Translations under genes and position numbers: made by a program
DNA from: Octopus sinensis
Lineage: Eukaryota
Assembly: GCF_006345805.1 (NCBI RefSeq)
Contig: NC_043002.1
Location: forward strand, 86,428,001-86,492,000
Direction of reading: 5' to 3'
Length of the DNA: 64,000 nucleotides
Shown here: positions 24,107 through 36,190 of the stretch, in pieces
Position numbering within the stretch: the stretch's first letter is position 1
Layout: every line of letters starts with the position of its first letter
Notes under the pieces: model-generated
What the model was told of the DNA's origin: nothing
Databases searched by the model: none
What the model saw: only the letters and a program-made list of their open reading frames with translations

Positions 24107-24579
24107 TATGTTTATATACATATATGTGTGTGTGTGTATAGATATTGTTGTTCAATTCCAAGTTAGTCCTGTCTGAGCAGATTTATGATCTAAGGTAATC
24201 CAGCCACAATTATCCCAAGAATTATCTCATGAATAGTCTGTCTTGCTCAACATTATCTGACGTCCTTTTATTCTTAAGACAACAAAATGTAATTCGAGCA
24301 ATTTTGTCAGCTATTTCTAGCAGTTCTTGAAGTTACATACAGGGGCTCTCTTTATAGTTGTTCATAAGCGTTTGTGTGTGTATGTGGGTGGGTGCATGTG
24401 TGTGTGTCTGGTTGCACACATGCATGTGTGTATGTGTGAGTATCTATGTCATTATAGTTGTTTAATTCCAAGTTGGCCCTGACCAGTCTGACTATTGAGA
24501 GCAACTCAACAGTGATAGTTCCCAACTCTTTCAAGCATAGTATGTTCTGTACAACATCATTTCTTAAGATGTACTAACC

Positions 24580-24770
24580 AGGCGGTGAACTGGCAGAATT
24601 GTTAGCACACTGGATGGAATGCTTAGTAGTATTTCATCCATCGCTATGTTCTGAGTCCCTTTCACCCTTTTGGGGTCGATAAATTAAGTACCAGTTGAGT
24701 ACTGGGGTCAATGTAATCAACTATCCCCCTCCCACAAATTTCAGGCCTTGTGCATATAACAGAAAGGATT
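24580..24770 (+). mobile_element. SINE family C
   Basis: GGCGGTGAACTGGCAGAATTGTTAGC head; GGGGTCGATAAATTAAGTACCAGTTGAGTACTGGGGTC core. Confidence 0.75.
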
Positions 24771-25220
24771 ATTTCTTAAGATGGCAGGATGAAATTTGAG
24801 CAAGACTTGGCTTTTATTTATAGCGGGTTGAGTGGCCACTAAGGGCCAATATGTGAGTGTGTGTGTTTGTGTGTAGGTGTATATATATGTGTGTATGCAT
24901 CTATGAGTGTGCATATGTGTGTAAGGGTCTGTGTAGTGTTTTTGTTTTTATTCTCACTATTGTATTAATTATTTTATCTCTTTTATACGGTCAACAGTAA
25001 TAAAGGTTTTTCATCATATCTCCTGTAACAAAGTGAAGTAGTTTGTATATATTCGTAAAGTATTATATCAGTAGTCCATGCTGTAAGTTTTTGATGCCAT
25101 TGACTATACTAAAGAATAAAGAACTAGTACATAGTCTGTTCAATAAAATTTGAATAACAGTGTCATCATTTTATAGTTTTCCTTGCAACAAGAATCTCTC
25201 TTACCAGAGAGATGTGTGTA

Positions 25221-25253
<33 letters not shown>

Positions 25254-25254
25254 G

Positions 25255-26117
25255 ACATTAGAAAAAAAAACACCTTTTATCAATTCAAAATGAACAATTA
25301 AATTACACCATCTAGAAAATTACATATAATAGAAATATTAATATTAAAATAACAATAAAATGTCAAAGATTAAGTAAATTGCAAAAAAAAGAATAATAAT
25401 AACGTATATATATATATATATATATATAAGACCAAAGGGGTACAGGCGCCGCTATATATATATATATGTAAAAAAATACAAACTGGGACAAGAACGCAAA
25501 ACATTTAGAAGACGATACAAAAAACATGGACGGGACATTCGAAGCCTTCAATCTTCAGTCAAGAACCGGATCATCCTCACAATTTCGGCTGATTAATCTT
25601 GAGATTGCTCTGATCTGGCCAGCCCCAAAGGAAAATCTAAGCCAAGCGCATTAGATTCCTTGGAAGAAAACCTCGAATGTATACAAAACAAGGACAGAAA
25701 AACGGATGATGTTACACTAAGAATACAAAAATACATAAAAACATTAATGATAATAATAATAACAAAAACAGGACATCACAGACAGGCATCTTTCGACAGG
25801 ACGAGTAAACTTTGAGCTGGCGTGTTAGAAAAATGCCTTAGGGCAGAGAGAGAAAAAAATGTGTCTTGCCGCGACGACTGCTAAGCACGAAAGGCTGGCA
25901 ATCAGTCAGTCAGTCATGTGTGAGGAGAAGTGAGAGGAAAAGAGGGACAGAAAAAAGGAGATCAAGGAACAAAGGAGGAGGAGAAGAGAAAGAGACAGAT
26001 CAAAGTGGAGTGCAAAGTGTAAAAGGCAGAAATGTAGGAGAGAGACAGTGTTATAGAGTTGTACCAAGTTTAAAGAAATATGTACTTACATATAAGACCA
26101 AAGGGGTATGGGCGCTG

Positions 26118-26173
<56 letters not shown>

Positions 26174-26560
26174 AAAAAAATACAAACTGGGACAAGAACG
26201 CAAAACATTTAGAAGACAATACAAAAAACACGGATGGGACATTCGAAGCCTTCAATCTTCAGTCAAGAACCGGATCATCCTCGCAATTTCGGCTGATTAA
26301 TCTTGAGATTGCTCTGATCTGGCCAGCCCTAAAGGAAAATCTAAGCCAAGCACATTAGATTCCTTGGAAGAAAACCTCGAATGTATACAAAACAAGGACA
26401 GAAAAACGGACGATGTTACACGAATAAGAATACAATATACGTAAAAACAATTATGATAATAATAATAATAACAAAAACAGGACGTCACAGACAGGCGTCT
26501 TTCGACAGGACAAGTAAACTTTGAGCTGGCGTGTTAGAAAAATGCCTTAGGGCAGAGAGA
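25255..26560. mobile_element. Penelope-like terminal-repeat array (two ~420-460-bp direct repeats plus a purine-rich spacer)
   Basis: TATAAGACCAAAGGGGTA...AAAATGCCTTAGGGCAGAGAGA at ~25427-25850 and ~26091-26560; the preceding segment matches an arm of the 11221-11570 palindrome. The PLE assignment is inference. Confidence 0.6.
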
Positions 26561-26739
26561 TAGATAGATAGATAGATAATGATTGATAAATAGATATAGA
26601 TAGATAGATAGACTGATAGATAGATAAAGATATATATATATATAAGTGAAAAGTCGTATAGTTTTCTTGAAGCATTGTCTGTTAAATATGTCTTTTATTT
26701 GTTTTTTTCACTTTTTTTTAAACCAAAATAATACAGTGT

Positions 26740-26960
26740 ATTAAAAATACATGTCAATGGTTAGTACTTTTACTTGGTATTTCAATACTTCCAATATAGA
26801 ATTCATTACATCTGATAAACATGATTTTATACAGCATGTATGACTGCAGACATAATACTTGATCTGTCAAAAGCAGAAATACCGCACTCAAGATATCCAA
26901 ATAGCCACTGAAGCTACAGAAATAAACATTGGGAACTTGAGGATAAAAGAACATATTTCC
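26740..26960 (-). mobile_element. Penelope-like GIY-YIG remnant
   Basis: LYKIMFIRCNEFYIGS resembles the PLE pattern IYKITCxxCxxFYIG. Confidence 0.5.
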
Positions 26961-27386
26961 ATTAACAAGTACAACATGTTGACAAAAGATTCAAACTGCA
27001 TGCAATTGTTTGGTTATTATAGCATTGCAAAGCAAGCCTTCATACACACACAACAGAACAGAGATGTCAGCTAAAAATCCTTTGTCTCCAAAGATTTCCA
27101 GAAGAAGGTGTTCTAATCCTGAAATATTGAAATAACAGGAAAAAAATAAATACTAACTATCAACCTGTATTATTCATTTTTAATAACTTCCATTGTTTTG
27201 GCCTCACACTGAGAGTGAACTTGGTTGACAGAAACTGAAAGAAGCCTGTTGTGTGTGTATGTGTGGGGGGTGACTTTTTGTCTGTGGTTGTCCCCACCAC
27301 TGCTTGACAACTGTTGTTGGTGTGTTTACATACCTAAAGAGACCAATAGAATAAATACCAGGATTTACATGAAAAATATGAACCAT

Positions 27387-27781
27387 GGCGCAGGAGTGGC
27401 TGTGTGGTAAGTAGCTTGTTAACCAATCACATGGTTCCAGGTTCAGTCCCACTGCGTGGCATCTTGGGCAAGTGTCTTCTGCTATAGCCCTGGGCCGACC
27501 AATGCCTTGTGAGTGGATTTGGTAGACGGAAACTGAAAGAAGCCTGTTGTATATATATATATGTATGTGTTTGAGTGTCTGTGTTTGTCCCCCTAGCATT
27601 GCTTGACAACCGATGCTGGTGTGTTTATATCCCTGTCACTTAGCGGTTCGGCAAAAGAGACCGATAGAATAAGTACTGGGCTTACAAAGAATAAGTCCCA
27701 GGGTCGATTTGCTTGACTAAAGGTGGCGCTCCAGCATGGCCGCAGTCAAATGACTGAAACAAGTAAAAGAGTAAAAGAGTA
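27387..27781 (+). mobile_element. SINE family A, well preserved
   Basis: Complete GGCGCAGGAGTGGCTG head through (GTAAAAGA)n tail. Confidence 0.9.
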
Positions 27782-27787
27782 TGGTCA

Positions 27788-27978
27788 ATTCATTCAACTA
27801 AAAAAACTCTTCAAGACAGAGCCCCAGCATGGCCACAGTCTAATGACTGAAACAAGTAAAAGATAGAAGTGTGTAAATATATATATATATAATTATATAT
27901 ATATATATATATGTGTAGCAGAACTACATAATACATATCCAAAGTGAATTGGTAGATGGAAACTGAAAGAAGGCCTTC

Positions 27979-28017
<39 letters not shown>

Positions 28018-28161
28018 ACACACACACACATATATATATATATACATATATATGTGTGTGTGTGTATATATGAAGGCCTTCTTTCAGTTTCCATCTACCA
28101 AATCCACTTGCAAGGCTTTGGATATGTATTATGTAGCTCTGCTACATATATATATATATAG

Positions 28162-28220
<59 letters not shown>

Positions 28221-28318
28221 TATATATATTTACACACTTCTATCTTTTACTTGTTTCAGTCATTAGACTGTGGCCATGCTGGGGCTCTGTCTTGAAGAGT
28301 TTTTTTAGTTGAATGAAT
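27788..28318. repeat. Fold-back palindrome of SINE-mosaic arms around a CA/TA/TG spacer
   Basis: Arms 27788-27980 and 28070-28318 are reverse complements apart from TA-tract length and one small indel. Confidence 0.92.
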
Positions 28319-28340
28319 ATATATATGTATATATATATAC

Positions 28341-28390
<50 letters not shown>

Positions 28391-28658
28391 GTATATGTTT
28401 GTGTGTCTGTGTTTATCCCCACCAGCATTGCCTGATAACCGATGCTGGTGTGTTTACATCCCCATATCTAAGTGGTTCTGCAAAAGAGACTGATAGAATA
28501 AGAACTAGGCTTACAAAGAATAGGTTCTGAGGCCGATTTGCTCAACTACACGCAATGCTCCGGCATGGCCACAATCAAATGACTGAAACAAATAAAAGAA
28601 TATATATAAAACAGTTGTTTTTAGAATGTTAAAAAAGAAAAAAATCTCAATGAAGAAT

Positions 28659-28823
28659 TCAAGATTCCTTTATTTTTTCAATTTCTCCAAAACTGTCTTC
28701 AAATCTTTGCAACCAACCATAAATTTTTTCATAAATATAACTCATGGTTTTCCCACAAGAAGCCATTGTTTCTGATATGTTTTCCAAATGTTCTTCTGTG
28801 TTCAGTTCTCTATGCTGAGTTGA
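28659..28823 (-). CDS. Gene 2, terminal coding exon, 165 nt including TGA
   Basis: gctaattttag|TCA; STQHRELNTEEHLENISETMASCGKTMSYIYEKIYGWLQRFEDSFGEIEKIKES*. Confidence 0.83.
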   Translation of the reverse strand, partial: STQHRELNTEEHLENISETMASCGKTMSYIYEKIYGWLQRFEDSFGEIEKIKES

Positions 28824-29299
28824 CTAAAATTAGCGTTAAAAAACAAATACAATTAGGTAGCTTAACAGAATATTTGCCTATTCTTAGTGTTTTAGCAAAT
28901 ACAACTGGCTGAAAAACGAAGGTGGCTTCATTGAGGTTTGAACTCAGAACAAATACCACAAGACAAAAGTAAGAACAGCTACTACAAGATATTTTTGTCC
29001 AATGCTCTAACAACACGGCTAATCCACTGCCCTTAATTTCTAACACAACAGAAAGCCAGAAATTTGGAGAAAGGGATAGTCATTTAAATCAATACCTGCC
29101 TTCTAATATTTTATTGGTATTTTATTGATTGACTCCTGAGGGAATGAAAGACAAAATTGACCTTGGCAGAATTTGAACTTAGAAGTAAAATGTTGGAGAA
29201 AATACCACAACATATTTAGTTCAATGATCTAAAGATTCTGCCAGTCAGTCCACTACCTTTGAAAACCTATGTAATTACTATAATAATAAATAAATGCGT

Positions 29300-29542
29300 C
29301 CTTTTAAAGCCTAGCCAGGCTCATGGGCCCGGTTTCCCAGTTTCTATGGCGTGTGTGTTCCCCAGCTGGATGGGATGCCAGTCCATTGCAGCGTTACTCA
29401 TTTTTGCCAGCTGAGTGGACTGGAGCAATGTGAAATGAAGTGCTTTGCTCAAGAACACAATGTGTTGCCCAGTCCAGGAATTGAAACCACAATCTTACAA
29501 TCATGATTCTGACACCCTAACCACTAAGCCACATGCCTCCAC
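29300..29542 (-). mobile_element. SINE family B
   Basis: Reverse complement of the GAGGCATGTGGCTTAGTGG head and CTTGAGCAAAGCACTTCATTTCACATTGCTCCAGTCCACTCAGCTGG core. Confidence 0.82.
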
Positions 29543-29749
29543 ATGTAATTACTATAATTGGTATTAATTTTCAACAGCATTTCCTTCTCCAGTATAGATA
29601 CAACATGAATTTCCTGGTATCTTTGGTACTGAAACTATTCCAGATTACTGACTTTTCTGAACCAGAGCTGATCACACTCTGAATTAAATATGAAATTTAC
29701 TTAAATGATTAAATGAAATACAGGTACCTACTTGTACATTAGTATAAAT

Positions 29750-29855
29750 GTATTGCTCTGGCTACACATATACTAAGATTGGAACAATACAGAGAAGATT
29801 AGCATGACCCTGCACAAGGATGACATGCAAATTTGTGAAGAGTTCCATATTTCTT
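29750..29855 (+). pseudogene. U6: U6 snRNA retro-pseudogene, full length
   Basis: CACATATACTAAGATTGGAACAATACAGAGAAGATTAGCATGACCCTGCACAAGGATGACATGCAAATTTGTGAAGAGTTCCATATTT matches canonical U6 (ACAGAGA box, AGC triad); several substitutions are at CpG sites. Confidence 0.93.
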
Positions 29856-29980
29856 GCCATAAAAACCATGCCAAAACAGACTCAGAAGCATGGCACAGGC
29901 TCCTACCAGGCCAGCTCCAGTCAAACTGTCCAACCCATGGAAGGAGGACATTACATGACGATGATGATGATGATGATGAT
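29856..29980 (+). mobile_element. RTE-type 3' tail fused to U6
   Basis: CCATAAAAACCATGCCAAAACAGAC..GTCAAACTGTCCAACCCATG..(GAT)n resembles the tails at 2640-2760 and 55620-55750. Confidence 0.8.
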
Positions 29981-30279
29981 ACTCGTTTATATTAATATAG
30001 CACACTGCAAGATACCAAGTAAACTAGCATGGCTGTCACAGGAATTTGGAGTTCCTGCTTGTAAATTAGTGTAGATTATAAGAGGTTCCAGAGACCATCA
30101 GTATTTGGAAAGTTGGCATTGTACCTGTTTTACTCAATAGAGATATGTTCTTGATTTGGCTTTTGCTTTTGCTTTTGCTTTGTAAAGTATACTTTTCAAA
30201 ATATTATTTATATCCAAAATATAATTCTTCTCTTATATCAGTTTTATTTCCAAATATGGGAGAATTTCTAAAAACCTAC

Positions 30280-30323
30280 CTCCACCATGAATTCTGTCAT
30301 TTTCCGCATCATCTGCAACAGTT
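30280..30323 (-). CDS. Gene 2, penultimate coding exon, 44 nt, phase 1->0
   Basis: catttttattctag|AA...GAG|gtaggt; (E)LLQMMRKMTEFMVE. Confidence 0.85.
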
Positions 30324-30596
30324 CTAGAATAAAAATGAACCATAATGTTATATACTATATTAAAGTTATTGCCAACAGATATAGCCAGTGTATTAATTTA
30401 ATGGTGACAGTTCAGAGTTGTAGATGTTTGGCAAGTGACTTCATCTGAGACTGTCTGTTGAAATGAAAAATACTATATTGTAAGAAGAGTTATGAAAGTA
30501 ACTTAAAACACACACACACACACACACACACATGTACGTGCATGCAATGAGTGACCCTTGGTGGAGAGAAGCCGAAGGAGGTCACTTGTGTGTGTT

Positions 30597-30656
<60 letters not shown>

Positions 30657-30814
30657 GCAGGTACAGCTGTGAGGCTGAGAAAACACATGATTGGGTTTTA
30701 TGTATGATACTGTCAGCAAGTGTCTACTACAGTAACCCCTGGACAACCAGAGCTTTTTAGGTGGATTTGGAGAATAGAAACTGAAGGAAGCCTGTCGTGC
30801 AAGTGTATGTATAC

Positions 30815-31221
30815 AGTTTCAGTCATTTGACTACGACCATGCTGGAGCACCACTTTAAAGGGTTTTAGTCAAAGAAATCAACCTCAGAACTTATTCTTTG
30901 TAAGCCTAGTACTTATTCTATTAGTCTGTTTTGTTGAACCGCTAAGTTAAAGGGACATAAACACACCAGCATCAGCAATGGTGAGTGGAGAAACACAGAC
31001 ACACATAAACACAAACATATGTATATATATATATATTATATATATATATACATAAAAACAATTGGCTTCTTTCAGTTTCTGTCTACCAAATCCACTCACA
31101 AGGCTTTGGTCAGCCCAAGGCTATAGTAAAAGACACTTGCCCAAGATGTCATGCAGTGGGACTGTACCTGGAACCATGTGGTTGGGAAGCAAGCTTCTTA
31201 CCACACAGCCATGACTGTGCC
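30815..31221 (-). mobile_element. SINE family A
   Basis: Reverse complement of the head, core and tail. Confidence 0.8.
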
Positions 31222-31569
31222 TATATATAAATATGTATATCTATAATAATAAAATCAAAGTTCTGTCTGTCCATCTGGGACCCCTGTATTTCAGTCTACA
31301 TTTGTTCTACACAGACATATTATAACTGTTTGGAATCAGAATGATCCTGGGATTGAAAATCTACCCTTTGTTTGATTCTTGAACATTCAGCTTTGGGATA
31401 TAATTTAAAAGCAGTTGGGTTGCTATTTCTAGCAGGTAAAGCTTAGCTGATTAATGCCATTTTGGCTGACATTTGTCAAATGACATCAGAGATTATTCAT
31501 TATTACTAACTTTGTGGCTGTTAATGTGTGACTATATGTGTGTCGGTGTGAGCACATGAAAACCCCCTT

Positions 31570-31706
31570 AATACATACATACATAAATACATACATACAT
31601 ACATAAATACATACATACATACATACATACATACATACATACATACATACATACATACATACATACATACATACATACATACATACATACGTACATACAT
31701 ACATAT
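31570..31706. repeat. (TACA)n microsatellite
   Basis: About 135 bp tetranucleotide tract. Confidence 0.95.
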
Positions 31707-31900
31707 GTGTATAGACATGCACATAAGCAAAAAAAAAAGAATGCAGCTCTGATAACGGACAGAACTAACAACTATTGAAGAGGTTGCAAGAAGCAATGAA
31801 AATGTTGGGAAAAAATAATAATACATGAGTGGAAACTGAACCAGTGTGTGTGTTAATTAATAAGGTATTAAAACAGAACAACTCTCCCCTGACACAACTA

Positions 31901-31934
<34 letters not shown>

Positions 31935-32111
31935 CATATATATATATAGTATATAATATATAATTGTATATGTGTGTGCATGTGGGTGTGAATGTCTGGG
32001 TGTGAGTGTATGTACCCTTGTCTTGATGTCATGTGATGATTGTGGGTGAGTGTCACCATCCTGCAAGCTTGAAAAAGTGGATGTTGAATGACAATGAGGA
32101 GGAGGAGGAAA

Positions 32112-32199
<88 letters not shown>

Positions 32200-32254
32200 A
32201 AAGAAAGAGAGAGAGAGAGAGAAATATAAATACATATATATGTGTGTGAGTGCA

Positions 32255-32286
<32 letters not shown>

Positions 32287-32754
32287 CTGTTCCTTTTATC
32301 TTGTGATGGTAATTTTACAATACAACAAATTTTGTCTTACATCAACCAGCTAGCAGCTGACACTGTTCTATTGTATCTTGATAGAGGAAGGTATTTGATA
32401 AAAGAGTTAAAAGATAGGAGATTAAGGAAATTTCTGTTTTGAATATTTTTATCATTTTTATATATTCAAATGTGGCAACTGAAAATCTGAAAAACTGAAA
32501 ATTTTAGTAAAAAAAAAACCTTATCAAATCAGCTGAATTCTGCAATATTGGTAGATGCTTTTGATTGAAATTCCAGCTACTTGTGTCACAAATATAGCTT
32601 CCCCGTTATAAATAAACTATATGTTTATGCTTATATTTGTGTGTGTGTGTGTTTGTGCATATGTACATGCATGCATGAGTGTGCGCATGCGTGTGTTACA
32701 TGCTCCGTTATGTAAAATGTTATTAGATACATTTAGAACAACTGTTCCCAACAT

Positions 32755-32980
32755 CTGGACAAGGCAGCAAGCTGGCCTAATCGTTAACACATCAAACAAA
32801 ATGTTTTGCGGTATTTCACCCATCTTTCGCAATCTGAGTTCAAATTCTGCTAATATTGACTTCACATTTCATCCTTTCAGATTGATGAAGTAGATATCAT
32901 TTGAGTACTGGGGTCAATGTAATCGACTAACTTACTCCTCCCAAATTTCATGCCCTGAATCTGTAGTAGAAAGGATTCTT
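32755..32980 (+). mobile_element. SINE family C
   Basis: GGCAGCAAGCTGGC head; CTGAGTTCAAATTCTGC; GAGTACTGGGGTCAATGTAATCGAC. Confidence 0.7.
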
Positions 32981-33197
32981 GTCATCTGCCACTTGGGAGC
33001 TTTTAATGAAGTTTACTCCATCAGAAGTATTTCGTTCAGTTTTCTGTCTAAGAAAAATCCATGTGACATGGTTTCTTCCTTTCTTACCTTTTACCAGTTT
33101 CAGGCTGTCCAATATAAGGATCATAGGCACTGCCTTTTCTCCCATTGAAAAAAAAAAGGGAAAAATAATAATGATTGGTAAGATATTTTAAGCTTAC

Positions 33198-33300
33198 CTC
33201 TAAGTTCATTCACCTGGCTTTGTAGCTTTTTAGCCAGCTCCCCGTCATTGTCAAGTTTCTGCTGCCAGTATTTGCACATAATTTCTTTCTCTTCCAAAGC
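33198..33300 (-). CDS. Gene 2, third-last coding exon, 103 nt, phase 0->1
   Basis: ctaatcacag|GCT...AGAG|gtaagc; ALEEKEIMCKYWQQKLDNDGELAKKLQSQVNELR. Confidence 0.87.
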
Positions 33301-33399
33301 CTGTGATTAGATACAAATCAATCATCATCATCATCAATCTCAGTTTACATGCACCACTTTGTAACTTGGGGGTACAACCCTGACACATTTTCTTCACCG

Positions 33400-33630
33400 A
33401 CTTCTCTTTCGGCCATCTTTCAACTCTCTCTTTCCTCTCCTCTTCTTTCCCTCATCACCCTTTTCTCCTCTTCCTTCTCTTCTCTCTCTCCTTCTCTCCT
33501 CTCTCCCTCTATTCTCTCCTCTTCTCTTCTCTCTCTCCTTCTCTCCTCTCTCCCTCTATTCTCTCCTCTTTCTCTTCTCTCTCTTTTCTCTCTCTCCCCT
33601 CCTTTCTCTCTCCTCTCTCTTTTTCCTAGC
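33400..33630. repeat. CT-rich polypyrimidine low-complexity tract
   Basis: Near-pure C/T sequence. Confidence 0.9.
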
Positions 33631-35899
33631 AATGTATCTCCTCTACAGCAAGACACTTGTCTCTGTCCCTCTCTATCATATTCTCTATCAACCTATCATT
33701 ACCTGGTAAAAGTCACCCCACTAAATACTACTCTCCCTCCCTCTTACCCCTGGCTGAAAGGGCTCATCTTCCAAGTTACTTGGGATATGTCTGGAACTGG
33801 TACCACATAAAAAGCATCCAGTACATTCAGTAATGTGGCTGGTGTTAGGAAGGATATCCAACCATAGAAATTATGCTAAGGCAGCCAGGAGAGTTGGTGC
33901 AGTCTTCTCACTTGCCAGCTCCTGTCAAACCATCCAAACCCTGCCAGCATTAATTGTTGGGGATAATGATAGTGATGGCATTGGTGGTGATGGCAGTGGT
34001 AGTGGCAGCAGTAGTGATGGTGATGGTGATGATGATTCACTTTTCTATACTGGCATGGATCAATTTATATTTGGTATAACTGCCAAATAGCCTGAGGACA
34101 ATTTCGCATTTGTACTTATTAAATTTTTGTTGTGGATTTTATAGCTGATTGTCCTTTATGTTGCCACCCTCTTTATAAAGCATATTGGGTACATTTGCAC
34201 ATCCCACCAGCTTGAAGGAAGTTAACATGTCACCAACAAAACTAAAAAGCCCTCACTATCCTATTGTCTCTGTTCATTTGCCAACCACTTTACAGTGTGT
34301 ACTGGATATATTCTACCATGACACCATCACCAGGAAGGTTATGCTATCTCCCTGACAATACTAAACAATTCTCTCAACCCTCACTTCTTTCCATTCATTC
34401 AGTCATTCATTCATTCACCTCTTTCAAAGGATTGTCTCACACTTGGCAAGACTAAAGAGAGCCCACACTTTTATTTATTTTTTTGTCACATAACTGGGTG
34501 GGAAAAGGGCCCAAGCAAAAGAGTGAAAGAAAGGAAGAATCAGAGTGATGTGAGCAACAGGATGATAGATACTAGTGAAGGGGAATGACAGACTGCTACA
34601 TAACAATTGTTGGTAATAAGGTTGAATAGAAACAGCATAAGTGACATGACAGATATGGAGAGTGATGAGAGAGAAACAGAGTAATAAAAGTGGAAGGAGT
34701 ATGGAAAGTGAGAGAGATAGATGGATGTAAATGCCCTCTTTAATCCTCTCAGACCTGGGCCCCTGTGTCTCCTCCATCTGGGCTCCTGAGCAAAAAAATA
34801 AATAGTTGCTCAAGAGTAACAGTTGCAGACAAACTAATGAACAGAATCACAAAAAGATTCAGAATAACAATAATAGGTCTATCACACTATTTGTTCACCT
34901 GAATTGCTACTTTCCTCATCACTTTCACCAGTTTGATTGTCTGAGTCACTCTTATTGCTGGCACAAGTGTAAACGCTTTGTCCAAAGAATAAATATCATC
35001 AATAATTTCCTCAACTGCAAAGAGTCTTGGCTTTGCTTGTTTACAAGACAAAATGCTGGGTACATCACATGCTCATTTCATCACAAAATCAGTCCTTTTC
35101 TCAATTACAAACAAAAGCTATGGATGACACCTTTAACAATGAGTCCTAAACATGCTCGACTACAAAACTGCAATGCGATCAGTTGTCTAGTTTTAGCATT
35201 TTACCTTCTTTTTCTGCATATGTTGTTCATCACCGCTTTAGTGGAAATCCAGCAGAAATTACATCTATGCTATTCTTACTATAGCAGGAACACGGCTTGT
35301 CAGGGTTAAAGAGGAGGGAGTAACATAAAGGAAAGAGTGATGGATAGGAATGAAGATGGAAGATGGTAAGCAACTGGGAGCGATGGTCTCAATAATAAGT
35401 AACTAGTGGGACCCATGAATATTTCCCGGAATTAATGGTAAACTTATTGGGTTGTTTCTGAAAATTTTATCCATAAAACCTGAAAGTGTAGCCTGTGTTG
35501 TGTCTGTATGGAAAGATAGTCACTCATCTGCAGACCATCGAAAAGTGAAGGAAATTGAAATACGATGATTACTTAATACAATTTACATATATGCTTTATC
35601 TACTTTATGCACAATTTTATAGACTCAATACACAGCACTTCTCTCTCTCTCTCTCACTCTTCATCTTACCCTCTTTTTCTCTTTCCTTTCTCTTTCACTC
35701 TTTGCTTTACCTTTCAACTGATCATGTAGAAGTGTTACAGATGAGCTAAGTAATAGAGGGAAACAGTTTTTTAAAAATTACACATTTCACTCACCATCAC
35801 CTCCATCCCCATCTCTCTCTTCCATCTTTACTGCTAATTATGTCACTTAATCAACAACTCCAAGAAAGCTTTCCATTTAAGAATTTATTTCATGAGTAC

Positions 35900-36190
35900 A
35901 CTTACTGTTAACTACTGTGTTTTTTCTACATATGAAATCTGTTTTCTTTGTCAGCTTGCCACTGATCCCATTTTTCCATCTTGCACACCCATAGTTTACA
36001 ATCGGTCCATTTATTAGAATTTCTACTTACTCCTTTTCAGCTTATGGAGCATGGCCACTTTTCCAGTGGCACAAGAGATCTGTCTCCTTACCAGTTAACT
36101 AAAACTTTATCCTTTACTAGGTTTACTTTGAGGCATCTTGATTGTATGTTTGGAATTTTTTTTCTAAAATCTGTGATCAATTAAACTATG
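35900..36190 (-). mobile_element. Old RTE remnant (post-YADD region with the Cys-rich insert)
   Basis: LKVNLVKDKVLV..KWPCSIS*KGVSRNS..CKLWV..GISGKLTKKTDFIC parallels the RTE at 453-2760. Confidence 0.7.

Noticed and set aside
29653-29678. Strong minus-strand acceptor with a candidate microexon (ECDQLWFRK)
   Set aside because: Phase-incompatible with the 44-nt exon at 30280-30323, which already links to the terminal exon.
29743-29748. TATAAA just upstream of U6, suggesting a functional gene
   Set aside because: It is 1 nt from the start rather than about -30, there is no clean T-run terminator, CpG decay is evident and the copy is fused to a LINE tail, so it is a pseudogene.
33088-33138. Possible 51-nt symmetric cassette exon of gene 2 (EKAVPMILILDSLKLVK) with a strong GTAAGA donor
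   Set aside because: It needs a 59-nt intron with a weak GAG acceptor and breaks the 103/44/165 match with gene 1; not supportable without RNA-seq.
34475-34813. 112-aa minus-strand ORF with an acceptor-like start
   Set aside because: Low-complexity CT-derived sequence, no compatible donor, and not needed for the gene 2 frame.
35900-36190. Several GTAAG donor-like sites and open stretches on the minus strand
   Set aside because: The translation matches the RTE RT/Cys-rich region, so it is a retroelement remnant and not a host exon.
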